Shown piece after piece: positions 31,397 to 45,411 of a stretch of DNA of 46,813 nt. Below the pieces are notes generated by a model. The model did not search any database and was not told the origin of the DNA. It was given only the letters and a program-made list of their open reading frames with translations. The position numbers were made by a program, and so were the translations under genes. The stretch is from Nemertoderma westbladi (Eukaryota > Animalia > Xenacoelomorpha), in contig JAUCBJ010009101.1 in NCBI GenBank assembly GCA_032718475.1, forward strand, positions 1 to 46,813. The letters run 5' to 3'. Numbering within the stretch: the first letter of the stretch is position 1; each line of letters starts with the position of its first letter.

Positions 31397-34352
31397 CCCT
31401 ATTGAAAAGTTTTATTTTCTGCGCCGAACGCGGCGCCGGGTGCCAAAAATCCTGCGCCGGCTCTGAGCAAAACCACGCCGGGTGCAAAAAATCCTGCGCC
31501 GGCTCTGTGCAAAACCACGCCGGGTGCAAGAAATCCTGCGCCGGCTCTGTGCAAAACCACGCCGGGTGCAAAAAATCCTGCGCCGGCTCAGTGCAAACCA
31601 ACGCCCATGCCAGGTGCAAAAATCCTGCGCCGGCTCTGTGCAATGCAAAATGCAGCGCCGGGTGGAAAATAAAACATACAATCTGCCTGTTATACCAGTA
31701 GGCCTATACTGTACAGTACCTGTAGTTTATTCGGTTATCTATAATACTGCAGCTACACTAATCAATCCGAGTTTACTTAAACGAACGAAAGTTGTGGGTG
31801 GGTGAAATGAAAATAAGGATACAGAGACGGAAAACCTTAATAAAGACAAATGCAACAAGTACAGTAGGTACGTTGTTTTATTCCAAAAGTGTAACATTAC
31901 GAAACAACTACTTAAGAAACACTGCATGTAAATTTTTGTTGTCAAGTAAAGTGTACATTTTTTGAAATTACTCAAATGTTACAATATGAATTATAGAAAG
32001 AATATTAAAGACTACTTCAGTTGGCCTACAATAAATAGTCCTTGTATTTATGTACTGCGTTCTACTTTACTACATACTACGTAATGTGGTCCTATACGTC
32101 TATGCTACAGATACGGTATGTCTGAATGAATAATGACTAGCTGTATGTTATTGTTATGTTATTAATATCGCCAGAATAACAATAAAATATTAATTTTTGC
32201 ACATGTACGTACACGTACAGTAGATTAAAATAAAATGAACACATATCTGGCAAAGTACGCTAATAAGCGTATGTATGTACTATTGTAAGAAAAATACGGA
32301 TAATGGTATTCAGGTAAAATTAGTAAAATATTTAAAATTATAGTTTATTTACAGTACTTACAGTTGGTGCATGTTAATTATTAAAAAAAAATGAAATTAC
32401 AGTAAAATTAAATTAAAAACCGGCAAAGCATACTTACAGTAGGTTCAAGGGCTTCAACAACATACAGTACTAAAGGCAAAGATATTAATAAGGACAAGTT
32501 TACAATACTCTATAGGATACAACACAACAATACGTAGTTATACGGAAAATAAATTTGGTACCGCAGGTAGTACCGCATGTCGCATAAGTAAAATATTACT
32601 GCTGAAATAAAACGCGCAAAGTAAAGTAACTACAAAAGATAGGAAAACAATTAAACATAAAAAAACACTATTTTAAAATTTAACACAAAAAAATGTTTTT
32701 TTGGGATTGAAAAAATGAAAATAATAGGTACTGTAGCTAGATTTTAATAAAGATATCGTTGTATCAGAAAGATATCGCTTTCGCTACTGCCACGTGCCAC
32801 TTGGCGCACAGGAGTATCACTATATATTCATTTTAAGGGACATTTCGCAGTCTAGTCTATTTTTGAATATGCTCAATCATGGAGTACCAAGGGTATTACG
32901 TGCATTAATTAACAACACTTTCCAGTAATGATAAAGGATTCAAAATGTTTACAACGCTGTCTGCAAAGTTGTTGCCTGTTAGCATTGGTGGAGTTAGGAA
33001 CGAAACTGGAAGAAATTACTTCGCTCAATTTTGTCAATCCCGTTGATAAACTTGTATGTTGTTATAAGGTCGGCTAGTACACGGCGATATATTAATATCG
33101 GTAGTTTGAGTGCAAGTAGTCGGTTTTCATGACAACTCAGCCAGCGATAGTACAACTGTACAAGGCGAGTGACCACACGTTGTTGTACTTGTTTAAGACG
33201 TTCAATATTTATCATGTAGGAGGAATGGCGAACAAACAACTGTGTCGTATTCAAGGAGAGGCCGACAAGGGATTTGTATAACAGGGTCAGAGGGTAAACA
33301 TCGGAGCTTCCAAATATGTAAAAGTTCTTCGTATTAAATGTACGACTCGCATGGCGCGGGCTGCAGTCTTTGTGCAGTGAGCTGTGATGCTGTGAAGGAC
33401 AAGTCTGGTGTAAATGTACTTCCAAAATCACGTTCCTCGGTTGCCGATAAAAGTGTCCGTCCATTCAGCCATTCATTGTGTAAAACGTTGCTTGGGGATT
33501 TCTAGAACCTAGATGCTTGCATGACCTTGCACTTGGGGTCATTGAACTGCAATTTCCAATGGTTACACTTACACATGTGTGTCGGTAATAAATTGTTTCA
33601 TTATCAATAGTGCCATTGCCATAGTATAAGTCGTTTTGTTTTATTCACTGTTCAACTTATTCTGTCTGCCTGTTTTATTATATGTGCAGTTTTATTTATA
33701 CGCTTCTATGACAGCGGTGTCTCCATCCAAATAATATAATATAATATAAATATAGCTTATACTATACAGCAATATTAAGTAAATATATAAACTGACTATG
33801 ACCAATAGCAATAATGACTGATCAGCTGATAGCTGGAACTGTGATAGCCTACCTGCCTGCCTGCCTACTGCATAACCCAGTCTGCCAGTAACCTGATAAC
33901 AGCATAAGGTTAAATACGTAAATAAATGACCAGTTGCAGTCAGCCAGTGCTGCCGTATGAGTTTCCTTTCTGCCTCATGCATGGCCAGTTGTTATTGTGT
34001 TGCTGTGCTGTGCTGTGATGTCTGCTGTCTCAGTCTCACTGTCTGCCTGGTGCTAGGTTCGGCTGATTTCTGCGCCAGGCAAATATGTACGCCGGGTGTG
34101 CTGGGCTGATTCCTGCTCCGGCGCCGGGTCAATTTCTGCAGCGTCGACGCCGGGAATATTTCGACGCCTGCTGCGCCGAGCGCAGCATCTCTACCATTGG
34201 CAGTGCTCCGCCGGCCACGCCGGCGTAGCACATCTCTGCGCCGACCCTTCTGGCTCATTGCCTGGCGTAGCACATTTCTGCGCCAGCTCCCGGCGCAAGT
34301 TCTAGTGCTGCGCCGAACGTGCTCGGCGTACATGTAAAACTTTTCAATAGGG
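31397..34352. mobile_element. Non-autonomous TIR element with an 8-bp TSD and internal 42-bp tandem repeats
   Basis: TIR CCCTATTGAAAAGTTTTA / TAAAACTTTTCAATAGGG; TSD GCTGTATA (31389-31396, 34353-34360); TGCGCCGG-rich subterminal repeats at 31430-31660 and 34070-34330. Confidence 0.88.
32820..33600 (-). pseudogene. Degenerate CR1/L2-like LINE ORF2 3' fragment
   Basis: LYKSLV, IERLKQVQQRVVTRLV, ENRLLALKLPILIYRRVLADLITTYKFING; frameshifted. Confidence 0.8.
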
Positions 34353-35132
34353 GCTGTATAGTTCATTCATACCCATACTGCCATACCTGTGGTAATTTCG
34401 TATGGCAAAAATAAGACTACTGTAAACTGTACTCTATTGCTATTATGTTATTGAGTTAATGTTTATTGACTAATTGTTTTGATTAGGTTCACCGTGTCAA
34501 GTACAATGCACACATCTCTGCATCTCCAACCAGACACTATATAACATTGGAGTTGGAGGTGTCTCATTCAGTCATTGGTTCCCCCAAGCTTGACACTAGA
34601 ACAAAGCCGCCTCCGATTTGCAGGACATCGCTTTAAGCCGTGAGGACCAGCCAGTGCACCTCATGGAGTGAATAAGCATGGTGGACAGCCCATGACTTTC
34701 TTGAGATGCATCTTTCTTACTGTCTTAAAGGACACTGCCCTTGAAGATGCGGATGATCTAGCAAATGTCATGGGTGATAAGGCTGTAAGAGTGTAAGGGA
34801 GTTGTGGAGGCGCACTTTTGTCAACAAGCCGGCACAGCATTCTTAATACATAATAGGGCCTATACTGCTATATACAGATATATATAATGCAGCTGCAATG
34901 AATCATGCCGATTGTAGTAGTAGTATGTGGTGAGGTTATAGGGCTCCTACAATTGGTAAAGTCAAAAGTGGCCGTTTATTGTTTTAGTTAGAAAAGCCTG
35001 CCTCTGTAACCTGTTCCTTTCCCTCAATTGGTTTATGATTATGACGTGTGTTACTTGTTACTTCTGTACTTATTATGTGGAGACCCCAACGCGTTAATCA
35101 GTTACTAATCCCATTTCATTATCCTGTTATCG

Positions 35133-35853
35133 CCAGACTGGAATCTCTATGTTCAGCACGCCTGAGGTGCGCCGGGCATAAAATAATTTGCGCCAACCGA
35201 TACTAAATTTACAGTACGCCTACCACAAAAATATGTCCCTAGCACATATAGCCTAAAATGTGCGCCAACAAAGAAAGTTTAGAAACTAATATTAATTACC
35301 TTATATCGTATTGAATTGAATTGAGTTTACTCTTTATACAGTAGTAAATAAGATATTTAGTAGGCCTAGATATACCAGTATACAAGATTACAAGAATACA
35401 AATTGTACACTTCAACAATAACAAAGTGAGAAATAACAGTTTGCTGTAAGAGTTTTAACAAATTACTATAAAAATACCAACAATAGGCTAACCACTAACT
35501 GACTAACCAGCATACAAGGATACCAATTGCAACAAATTACAGTACACTGTACGTACACTTCAACAATAACAAAGTGAGAAATAACAGTTGTAAGAGTTTT
35601 AACAAATTACTAGAAAAATACCAACAATAATAACATAGTAACTGGTTGAGTTTGAGTTAAATTGAGTTAATCTGATACATAGCTAGGTATGGCTGTATGG
35701 ACACTTCCCAGATTGAGAGCCTAGTTGGTCAACAACCTTACTAATTTCTACGCCAACACTTGCTTATATGCATTAGTTTCTGCGCCGGCTGCGCCGGCGC
35801 TTGCTTCTGTGCGCCAGAGATCTCCCTGAAAGTGCCGAGAGATTCCAGTCTGG
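35133..35853. mobile_element. MITE
   Basis: TIR CCAGACTGGAATCTCT / AGAGATTCCAGTCTGG; flanks TGTTATCG and TGTTATCC (7/8 TSD); internal ~80-bp duplication. Confidence 0.8.
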
Positions 35854-36766
35854 TGTTATCCAGCTGTTTTATAATACCCTTCGTGTTGTATGGAAAAATT
35901 ATGCTTCATGCTTCAAAGTATGCTTCATGTACCTTTAAGTTCGATTCTCAATGTCACGTCCAAAATTGGACTTAAAGTCCAATATTGGACTTTTGTAAAA
36001 ATTCAAAGCCTTATAAAAAATGTTCCCCCTGGTGAATTTCAGGTCCCCCTGTTCAAAACTCTTATTTTTTGATATATTTTCGATTAAAGAAAAAAAATCC
36101 CGCCCGATCCTATTACCCAAGGCCCTGGAACAATTGGCTGATTTGAAGTCCAATATTGGACTCACAGAAGTCCAATTTTGGACTTGAACTGGAGTCGAAG
36201 TCCAATTTTGGACTCAAGTCCAATTTTTGACTTCTCACCGACTGCCCGGTCCCGATCCCGAATGCCCCAGTGAATTTTAACCGGGGGTGAATTTTTAGGG
36301 GGGTGGAAATTCTCTGCTACACCGGTCCGAATCCCGAAAAGTCTGATCCCGTTTAAACACTACAATGCCAAATGCACCTTCTTAAATATTCGAATACAGG
36401 GTAAACTGGCAGACTCCAGGGTAATTTGGGACATGGGGGAATTTGGGACAGGCTGGCTGGCTGGGGTAATTTGGGACAAGTATTTTCTTAACTGTGATTG
36501 CAGTCAGGCAGTGGGGTTTGGTGGGTTGCTTAAATTATAGGCCTACACTTAGCTTCAGACTTTATATGCCTATTTTAAAGTGTAAGGCTGTACGGTAAGG
36601 TGTTCGCTTTCAGGCATTTCGCCCTCTTGCAGCATACTGCAGTACTGGCAGACTGGAGAACTGCAGCAGCAGCAGATTAACACCTTACTCAAAGAGACGC
36701 AGCAGCAGCCACGCAGCATGTAGTCGTGGTCTGGTGCTATACATATATTCCATGACTCAGCTTAAA

Positions 36767-37717
36767 GGGTCCTACTAAATACTACAAAAAGCACAAAACG
36801 AGCACAAAAAAGCACAAAAAAGTCAAGAAAAGCACAAAAAAGCACAAGAAAAGCACAAAAAAAGCACAAAAAAAGCACAAAAAAAGTAAAAAAAAAGCAC
36901 AAAAAAGCAAACTGATAGCTGTTTATTGAGCTTGTAATAGAACAGATGATAGAAGCAATATCATGTAGTGCAGTAGTGTCTAGGCTACCGGAAGGATAAT
37001 CACATGTCCAGTATGCTTTCATGTCATATACCGGGTAGCTGCCAGTGAGTGAGTACCAGCACGAGCACTTACAGCCCTACCACGAGCACCGTAGTGCAAT
37101 ATCAGGCTAATGTCAGAATGTAAAGATGGTTCAATTCAAATATCAGGATAGAACTTATAATACCGGTACTGTAATAGACTTTGTTATTGTCACATTATGT
37201 CAACTTATCAGCGTTCTGGTTAATTACTTGTAACACTGCTATAAGTTTTATTCCCACTATTGCTATCATTTTATTATAAATAAACTCGAAACTCTGATTG
37301 CGGTGCTCTGTAATTTACTCTGTCAATTTACTGTAGTTTTATTAAGCTATTAATCTATACCGGTGCTGTATGTGTTTTATTATGTTTTTTTTATAGTGAT
37401 TTTAATTACAAATACACTTTGCAGTATTGTGGCCTTTACATACTGTAGGTCGGAACGTTGTGCAAATTAATCAATCATACGCGTATGGGTTACCTTCGTA
37501 TGTGGGAGGGGGTGGGGGGGGGGGGGGGGGTCTGTAACAATATCTCTCATATTTCCCCCCCCCCCCCCCCCCCCCCATGTCTCTTGATGTGAGAATGTTT
37601 TTTTGTGCTTTTTTGACTTTTTTTGTGCTTTTTTTTTTTACTTTTTTTGTGCTTTTTTTGCGCTTTTTTGTGCTTTTCTTGACTTTTTTGTGCTTTTTGT
37701 AGTATTTAGTACGACCC
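36767..37717. mobile_element. MULE-like MITE
   Basis: TIR GGGTCCTACTAAATACTACAAAAAGCAC / GTGCTTTTTGTAGTATTTAGTACGACCC; 9-bp TSD CAGCTTAAA; inverted (AAAAAGCAC)n arrays. Confidence 0.9.
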
Positions 37718-38025
37718 CAGCTTAAACAGATTAAGATGAAGGAAATTGAGACATGGGTAAGCGGAAGATCACTTTCATACATTTCAGCATTTTGCCCTCT
37801 AGCAGCAGACTGGAGAACTGCAGAGCAGACCAATTACCGACCCCACCAAGACACAGCAACACTGAGAAGTATCTCAGTATTGCTTATTCAGTTATTGCAT
37901 CTGCGATACTATATTGCGATACTACTTATTGCAATACTGAGATACTACAAAGAGCTCCAGATTTTTTCTAACTCATATTCTTCTATCTGTCTATGTCTAA
38001 TACTGTAATATGTCTAATCTAAAAT

Positions 38026-39012
38026 ATGATCACATCTTGTTGTAAGATATTTGTAGATGATACGAAGATATACAGACAAATTTCTAGTACAGATGACATC
38101 AACTTCTTGCATGCAGACTTAAACCGGCTTGTTGAATGGGCAAACAAATGGCACTTCAGCACTTACAGACTACAGTTTAATTTTTCGAAGTGTAAAATAC
38201 TTCACCTTAGTCGTAAAAATCCATTAACGCCATACTACATGTCTAACACAGTTACAGAGTTATGGACTGATGGATGCAGTATGCGAAGAGAAAGACCTCG
38301 GTGTTACTTTTAGTTCCAATATGTCATTCTCCGCTCATTGTTCTAATATTGCTGCTCGTGTGACACATATTCTTAACTTAGTAAAACACGTTCACGTTTA
38401 TGGAACCGATAATGTTTACTAAGTTATATACTGATATAAGTCTATAATTCGTCCGCTACTCGAATATGGTACAGTTGTATGGTCACCGCACACCGCACCG
38501 TATCTTCAAAAGGATATCGAGCACAACAAGTGCAACACCGCGCAACCCGTATGGTACCTTCACTACAGCATCTGTCATATAAGGAGTGTCTTCATTCTGT
38601 CATTCACTTAAAATACCGACACTGATTTACAGACGAGCTAGAGCGGATATGATATCAACATACAAGTTTGTTCACAAACTTGATAACGTAGCGTAGACTA
38701 TAGTAACTTTTTTTGAACTCAGAAGCCAGCGTCACTCATATTCGACAAGAGGTTCATCACTGACATTGTACAAACAAAACACCGCAGGTCAACATCTGTT
38801 GCTGTTCCACACTAACAGTTTTGCGTCTCGTATGATAAACTTATGGTATATGTTGGATGAGAATGTCGTTAATGCTCGAGATTTTCATGGTAATCCTTGT
38901 GTAAACTTATTTAAAAATCGTCTTGATTGTGCCATGAAGTCCAAAATGAATATTTATAGTAGGATGGCTAAAACGTCTGTCCTTATCTGATCTGATCTGA
39001 TCTGATCTGACG
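38026..39012 (+). pseudogene. Degenerate 5'-truncated CR1-like LINE (RT 3' half) with a (TCTGA)n tail
   Basis: KIFVDDTKIY..DL..L.EWA.KW...FN.SKCKILHL; RPLLEY; NLFKNRLD; microsatellite tail at 38985-39010. Confidence 0.85.
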
Positions 39013-39049
39013 GTATCTGACACTTGTTCCACCTTGCAGCCTTGGTTCA

Positions 39050-39230
39050 AAGTCCACCTTGGTGTAGTGGTTATATTGAATTCACGTCTCGTGGAGGTTG
39101 TGGGTTCAATCCCGGCATGGGGGCCAAGGTAGTTTTCGTTTCGGCACGAATGTTTTTAAGGGTTTAACGAGGAATCTCTGCCTTGCATCCTTAAATGATA
39201 GCTAAATGAGTACTGGAGTTTCTGCCCATG
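39050..39230 (+). mobile_element. tRNA-derived SINE, degenerate
   Basis: A box TGGTGTAGTGG, B box GGTTCAATCCC, then ctctgccttgcatcct..taaatgagtac resembling a conserved SINE central domain; no clean cloverleaf. Confidence 0.55.
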
Positions 39231-39807
39231 TCAGCATGTGAAGTTTCCCCGGTATTCCCCTTAAACACGGGGGGGGGGGGGGTCAATATAACACCTCCCC
39301 TCTGAAACAACGATACTAACTGAAACGAACTAAAAGGAATTCAAATAAAATAAGCTATAAATTTTAAACTTGTTTTTAGCGGCTGGCGCCAAATTTTGAT
39401 GCCGGCCCATGTGAAGAATACCAGGATTTACCTTTTCGGTCGACTTTTATTGGAATTTTATATACGGTATGCAGATTTTAATTTTTTTTGTTTATCTTTA
39501 TTAAGTGTATTATAGAGAGCTTATTTATGGCTTATAACCTGTACATACAGACATATACTAATTCGTTTATTGTTTTGGTTAGATTCAGCCCTTCTGTAAC
39601 CTGTGTTTTTGGTGAAAACCTGGTATTCTTCACACGGGGGTAACTGCAAAGTGAAATATAACGGCAGAGAGTCTGGTATTCTTAGCCCATGTGAAGAATA
39701 CCAGAATACCTTACTACTACATAATAGTACTTAACTAATTATTTATCAGCCTATTATTGCCACATGGGTGTGTGGGTGGATGGGAATGTGGGAAGGTGCC
39801 CGCTGGT

Positions 39808-39960
39808 TGTTTATTGTTTTGGTTAGAAAAGTCAGCCGCGGTAACATTCTCCTTTCTCTCAATTGGTAGATATCAAAATCGTTTATTGTTTTGGTTAGAA
39901 AACCCTGTCTCTGTAACCTGTTCCTTTCCCTCAATTGGTAGGTAACAATTGTCGTTTATT
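39808..39960. repeat. Dispersed ~70-bp repeat family
   Basis: gtttattgttttggttagaaaa..ctgtaacctgytcctttccctcaattggtag, also at ~1155-1265, 2923-2995, 34975-35030, 39565 and inverted at ~24765-24835. Confidence 0.8.
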
Positions 39961-41176
39961 GTATATCTTCATCCTATATCGCATTTTTAATATAATATAT
40001 AAATATAATTACATGCCTTTGTGCATTTAGATGCATACCGGTATGCCTGTACTGCTACTTCATATGATGATACTGATACTGATACTTTAACAGGGCAACG
40101 TGAAACGTGATCCCCTATTCAGCTACTGGCTATTTACCTAACAGACAGTTAGGTAAATATTATATCTCTTTCTCCTGATTGGTTGTAGGATCAGATGCTG
40201 TCAGATCAGATCAGATCAGATCAGATAAGGACAGACGTTTTATTCTACCTCTATTTATAGTGATATACCGGTACCAGTTAGACAAGTTGCCACTGCCCAG
40301 TTTACATTCCATCGGTACTTATATTAAATTTTACTTTACAATTTTTACTTCATTAAATATCAGGTTCTTTGTTTTTAATATTTTCATATGAAGTGCGCAG
40401 TATTTTTTATTATTTCATATTATTTTTTATTTGTTTTTTATGTTGTTGCCCACATCGAAGTTTTTACCGTATCGTTTTTAACAGAAAAATTTTAATCATA
40501 TCGTGCCAACTAGTTTAATTTGTATTATTGCAATATGTAAAATTATCAACATTGTGGTTTTTACTTTCAATCTATGTCGTATAATTTTGAACCCCACTAT
40601 CTGATTATTGTTTATTTATCCTGGTATGTTTGTACCTATAATGTATAATGTATGTACTGTACCTTACATACAGTACTTAATAAAAGAAATATACGCATAT
40701 GCGTAGAATCCTTGTAGATTTGCCAGTTCATTGTATTATATAAGACAGTAAGAATTTATGTGTTGTGCTGTTGTATGTATTAATTGTTATTTGCATTTGG
40801 CGTATTAAACTAAACTAAACTAATGTCTATGTATTATCTGTTCTGTATATGATACCGGTCCGGTACTGCAGTACTGTATCCGTATCCCTAAACACCTGAC
40901 TGCCGTACCTATTATATATATTATATAGCAAAGCAATATATCTATATATAATATATATATATATTCTGAAATGTTTCCGATGCAACATACAGACATAATA
41001 AACGGTACTCATACGGCGATCGCTCAACTACCTACGACTCAGAGAACGTTTTATATAATTTCAGTTAACTGGTTTAATGGCTTACAGGAGGTAGGTCCTA
41101 GGACCAGTTCTTTCGTAGATTGTAGTACCAGTACCGTACCGAGTTAAGGCACCACGCAGCCACGTGCATTCCTATC

Positions 41177-42765
41177 ATGTCTGCAAAAGGGTCCACTGGC
41201 TCAACTGGTATTGCCTCTTCATCTTCGGAGGACAACGATGACTTAAAGGATGACCTTCTCAAAGCCGTGAAACACGGAGTAAAACAGTTGATGGAGGAGG
41301 CTGTCACCCGTAAATTTATTCATGAAGAAAGCGGAAGCATCAGATCCCTTTGCATGTCCATAGAAAATTGTTTGGCCCATGGACTCAAGCGGTGGCCCCT
41401 CGGAAAACCCTCAACATTGTCGCTCATCAATAAAATACACAAATTGGTTCCGAAAATTCGTGATTTACCAAAGAATGTGCGGCTTCTGGAACAGAAAATA
41501 GAAAAGGCGCATAGTAAAAACAAGTTGTTACCGGTTTTAACGAAAAATTTATGGATCCGTTTGGCGATATTCGAGAAATCCATCGTGTCCGCCATCGAGT
41601 ATTTGGCGGATAATTCGGGTAAATACTACGAGTCGTGGGGCTTCATGCGGGACCCGGTCCGTGCGCGGATACTGAGCGCGTTACTGGTTGGACCGTGCGC
41701 CTTGGAGTACTCGAAGATGAAGATTCCGGACCACTTGTGGACCGACCCGCCGGCGGACGAGCTCGTCCAGCGGCACAAAATCCATTGCCAGTCAGATAAA
41801 TCCAGTCTGGAGTCCCCGAAACGGCTGACAATGCGAGTCGCTATGCACAACACAATGTGTAGCTCCAGTCAGGAGGACGTCGTGAGACAGCAGACCATGA
41901 AGGACTACGTGGCCTCGCTGCATCAAAATTCGCGTTCTACGCTGCTCTATGGGAAGAACAACGTTATGGTGCAACCGAGGGACGGAATGCAGCCGTTGGC
42001 GGGTTACCTCTCGCTGCACCGCGCGTCGGAGACCATGTTCCTCAAGTGGACCCCCAACCAGTTAATGCACACGGGCGAGGGCGAACCCGATGGTAAACAG
42101 CCAGGTGTCTGGGCATTCGCGATGAACATCTGTCTGGAGGAGGTCGTCTACTTGCACTGCCATCGGAAGGCGGAGACCGAGGGCGACTCATTGGTGCTCG
42201 TCGGGTTCGATGGGGTCCAACAACCTCCAATTATATTCCCCGCGGGAACTCCGTTCCTCGCGTTCCTGTCCGTGCTGGAGAACGGGTTGCTCCCGGGGGC
42301 GAGGTTGGATCCCCCGCTCCCGTCGGCCGCAGGGAGCGGGGGAGTAGCTCATGGGAGCAGCTCCCAGGATAGCGCCAACAATGAGGATAAAGACGAGCCT
42401 GCGGAAGGATGCGAGGGTAATGGAAACGAATGCTCATCTCCCGGTAAACTCAATAAGGATTACGTGTTCCGCATTGTTAGTACGCGTATACAGGACGACG
42501 CTGTTATGGAACAAGCCGCTTCTATATTCCCCTGGTTGTTTCTCAGCCGCAAGAATTCGGATTCGCCCGCTAGAGGCGCCATCAGCACACCAGCGACTCC
42601 CCCCGCTACCCCCAGACACGCGGCTGGCAGCGAGACCTTCTCCTATTGGTCCGCTGCGACGACAGGTAGTAGCTTTTCCTCAATGAACACGACCCCCGCC
42701 TGTTCGCCTACTCGACACCGCATTAAAGACCTTTGCGATACAATGCAGACGCAGATTATATCAAG
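41177..42765 (+). CDS. SGSM1: SGSM1/2-like (RUN and TBC domain Rab-GAP), coding exon 1: RUN + PH-like domains
   Basis: VKQLMEEAVTRKFIHEES, LVGPCALEYSKMK..DHLWTDPPADELVQRH, SLHQNSRSTLLYGKNNV, LKWTPNQLM; donor AG|GTAAGT at 42765/42766. Confidence 0.93.
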
Positions 42766-44658
42766 GTAAGTTGTTTTCTGTATAAAGTTAGTTTTTCTCA
42801 CAATATTAGTCTGGGGAACACCACCTTAGCATGTAATATTTGAATGGATACCTAACAGGTCTATTTATTTAATGTTCTATAAAAATAATACAATACCAAT
42901 TTAGATGAACTCTTATGTTGCGATACTACTTCCATAACATTTTTTCTTAATATTATTCCAATAGGGAGAGCCGTGTTACCAACTTATAAACTCTGTTTTT
43001 TTTGTATCTCAACATATAATGACGGGTTTGTAGTATTGGTGTTAGATGTCTAATTAGATTCAAAATTAATTCAATATCTATCTATATTGCATATCTATAG
43101 GATATACCCTATAATAAAAAATGATAAATAAAAAGTTCTTAAATAAATAAATAGTGCCATATAAGATAGGGTTACACGTGTTTGCATTAAAGTAAATAAA
43201 TGGGCCTTTGAGCCAGGAATTACTAACAGAGTTTGACGACTTATTTTTAGATGCGGTTCTGATATCAGTATCGTTAACTATTTAATGAGTTTGTTCACTA
43301 AAGAAAGTCTAAGCCATTTTTATGCCAATAGGAAGGGGGAACTATAGTGCCTTGTTATGTTTACCATCGAACTCGCAATCACAGACAACCATTGTACGCG
43401 GTTACATAGATAATCATATATACATTATGCAACATATTTCGTGTGATATCACTTGTAAATGCATCGTATATAGTGGATGAGAGGAGATACCAGGTACATA
43501 CAATATCGTAGAATGGTGCGGCTGATTAATTGTGGTGCCTGGATGATAATTGAATTGTAGACAAGCTAGAGAACAAGCAGGAATCAGTTTATTATCTGTT
43601 ACCGGTATAGGCAAATAGGAGCTGATTACGGCCAACTATTATTTGGTTAGAATAACGTACCACTATAACCTGCTCCAATCCCTTGATTGTTCGTTCGCAG
43701 AGATTGGATTTTCATCAACAACCCCCCCCCCCCCCCCCCCCCCGCTTTCGAATTAATTGTCTGCAATTCAACTCCAATTCATTTTGTCTGCAATTAATAT
43801 AGCATTAGAACCATTTAGAAGTAAAAACTACTTAAGCCATTTATTATTTATTGCTCAGCCTTATCCCTATCTCTGAGTAACTGAATTGGTTCTAGCGATG
43901 AAGGTTTCGGCGAGCTATAATGCACACGCCGTGATTTTATGCTAATAATTTCCTGAGTTTTTGTTTGCTGATTCTTAAATGGCCGCGATATTATCGAGTT
44001 AATTAACGTTATTGAGAACGGGGTGACTCGAAGAATATCCATTCCTTCGGAATATTATTATTCGTGTGAATAATATTATTTATATCAGCTATTACGTTGG
44101 GTAGAAACCGAGTAATTTCACTGCGATTTCTGCTTAGCTTTATTTATTTCCGAAACCATATGTAACTTTATACAATATGTTCGTATATATATATTTATTG
44201 ACCAAGTACTTACATAAGAATAACAAAAGTATATCGCACCACAAGTCACAATCGACAAATACATCACAGTAACATTAACACAATAGAAGTAATAATTTAT
44301 TCATCTTTGTTACAGTAATATTACGTCATTAATCACGATTTACGATTTTACAGACCTTGTCCATCAGACATCGTATGTATAATAATAATAATAGCGGTAG
44401 AAAAATACGTTACATATGATATGGTGATAAAAAGTTAAATATTAACTGATAATAACTGAGACATAAACTATTTCTCATGGACATTTAAACACTTAATGGA
44501 TAAATTCCGCGGACTTTATTTTTTTGAAGCTGGCTAATATTTATATCAGGTGGACGGAGATGAGCAGTTAGCTCGCATTCACTACATGTGTACCAATTTT
44601 GATTTAAATTCATAAAGTTGTTACATGTAGACTTCCTTCTACTAACATTAGGCGACAA

Positions 44659-44844
44659 GCCGACCGACCGACCGACCGACCGACCGACCGACCGACCGAC
44701 CGACCGACCGACCGACCGACCGACCGACCGACCGACCGACCGACCGACCGACCGACCGACCGACCGACCGACCGACCGACCGACCGACCGACCGACCGAC
44801 CGACCGACCGACCGACCGACCGACCGACCGACCGACCGACCGAC
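44659..44844. repeat. (CCGA)n microsatellite in the SGSM intron, possibly part of a DINE-1/HINE-like element
   Basis: About 46 perfect copies. Confidence 0.97.
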
Positions 44845-45411
44845 GGTTGATATTGATGTAACCGTATGGGCGTATGCTAAGCTCGCTGACTTCATGACTT
44901 GTCCCACGCGTATTTCCGGAACCGGTATAAAGCACCATCTCTGTATATTGTCGCTAACAACATAGCTGACTTCAATTGCATTTGCTTACATATCTCAATT
45001 ACAGCTGCTACCGCGATTATCTCTCCTTTTTTTCCTACGGGGGTGGCAGGCGTGGCACTCACCACAGGAAGCAGAAATGACGGGGGCTTTGTCTATAGAT
45101 AGAGATACCCGTAACGTTTTATCCCTGTGGACAACCTATCACACACAACTTTTCATTCAAAACGCTTGAGTGATTTAATTAGTGAATTAGTGAAGCAAGG
45201 AAAGTAGCCGGATAGATATCGATATCTATAGCTATGCAGACAGACATCGATAGCTACATTTTACCTAGGGAAACTATCTGTAGGGAGTATCCTTTGCTAC
45301 TAATGGAATTATGAGATAGTACATTTACCTGAGTTTCATGGAAGCATTCTTAGTTATTAATAATAATCATAGTTATTATAAGAATTTTATTATATTTTTG
45401 CTCCATTGCAG

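Larger units (their letters stand above)
31033..36244. mobile_element. Non-autonomous TIR element with a 5-bp GC-rich TSD, containing further insertions
   Basis: TIR CAGTCGGTGAGAAGTCAAAAATTGGACTT / AAGTCCAATTTTTGACTTCTCACCGACTG; CCCGG on both flanks; palindromic AAGTCCAATWTTGGACTT subterminal units. Confidence 0.85.

Noticed and set aside
39055-39130. tRNA gene
   Set aside because: A and B boxes are present but no convincing acceptor or anticodon stems; better explained as a SINE head
44485-44965. TDRP/SVGR repeat ORFs
   Set aside because: Translation of the (CCGA)n microsatellite in an intron
45338-45411. ATG-initiated start of a separate 467-aa TBC gene
   Set aside because: This stretch is intronic; the splice junction restores the conserved SRAFYGWL motif with the upstream exon
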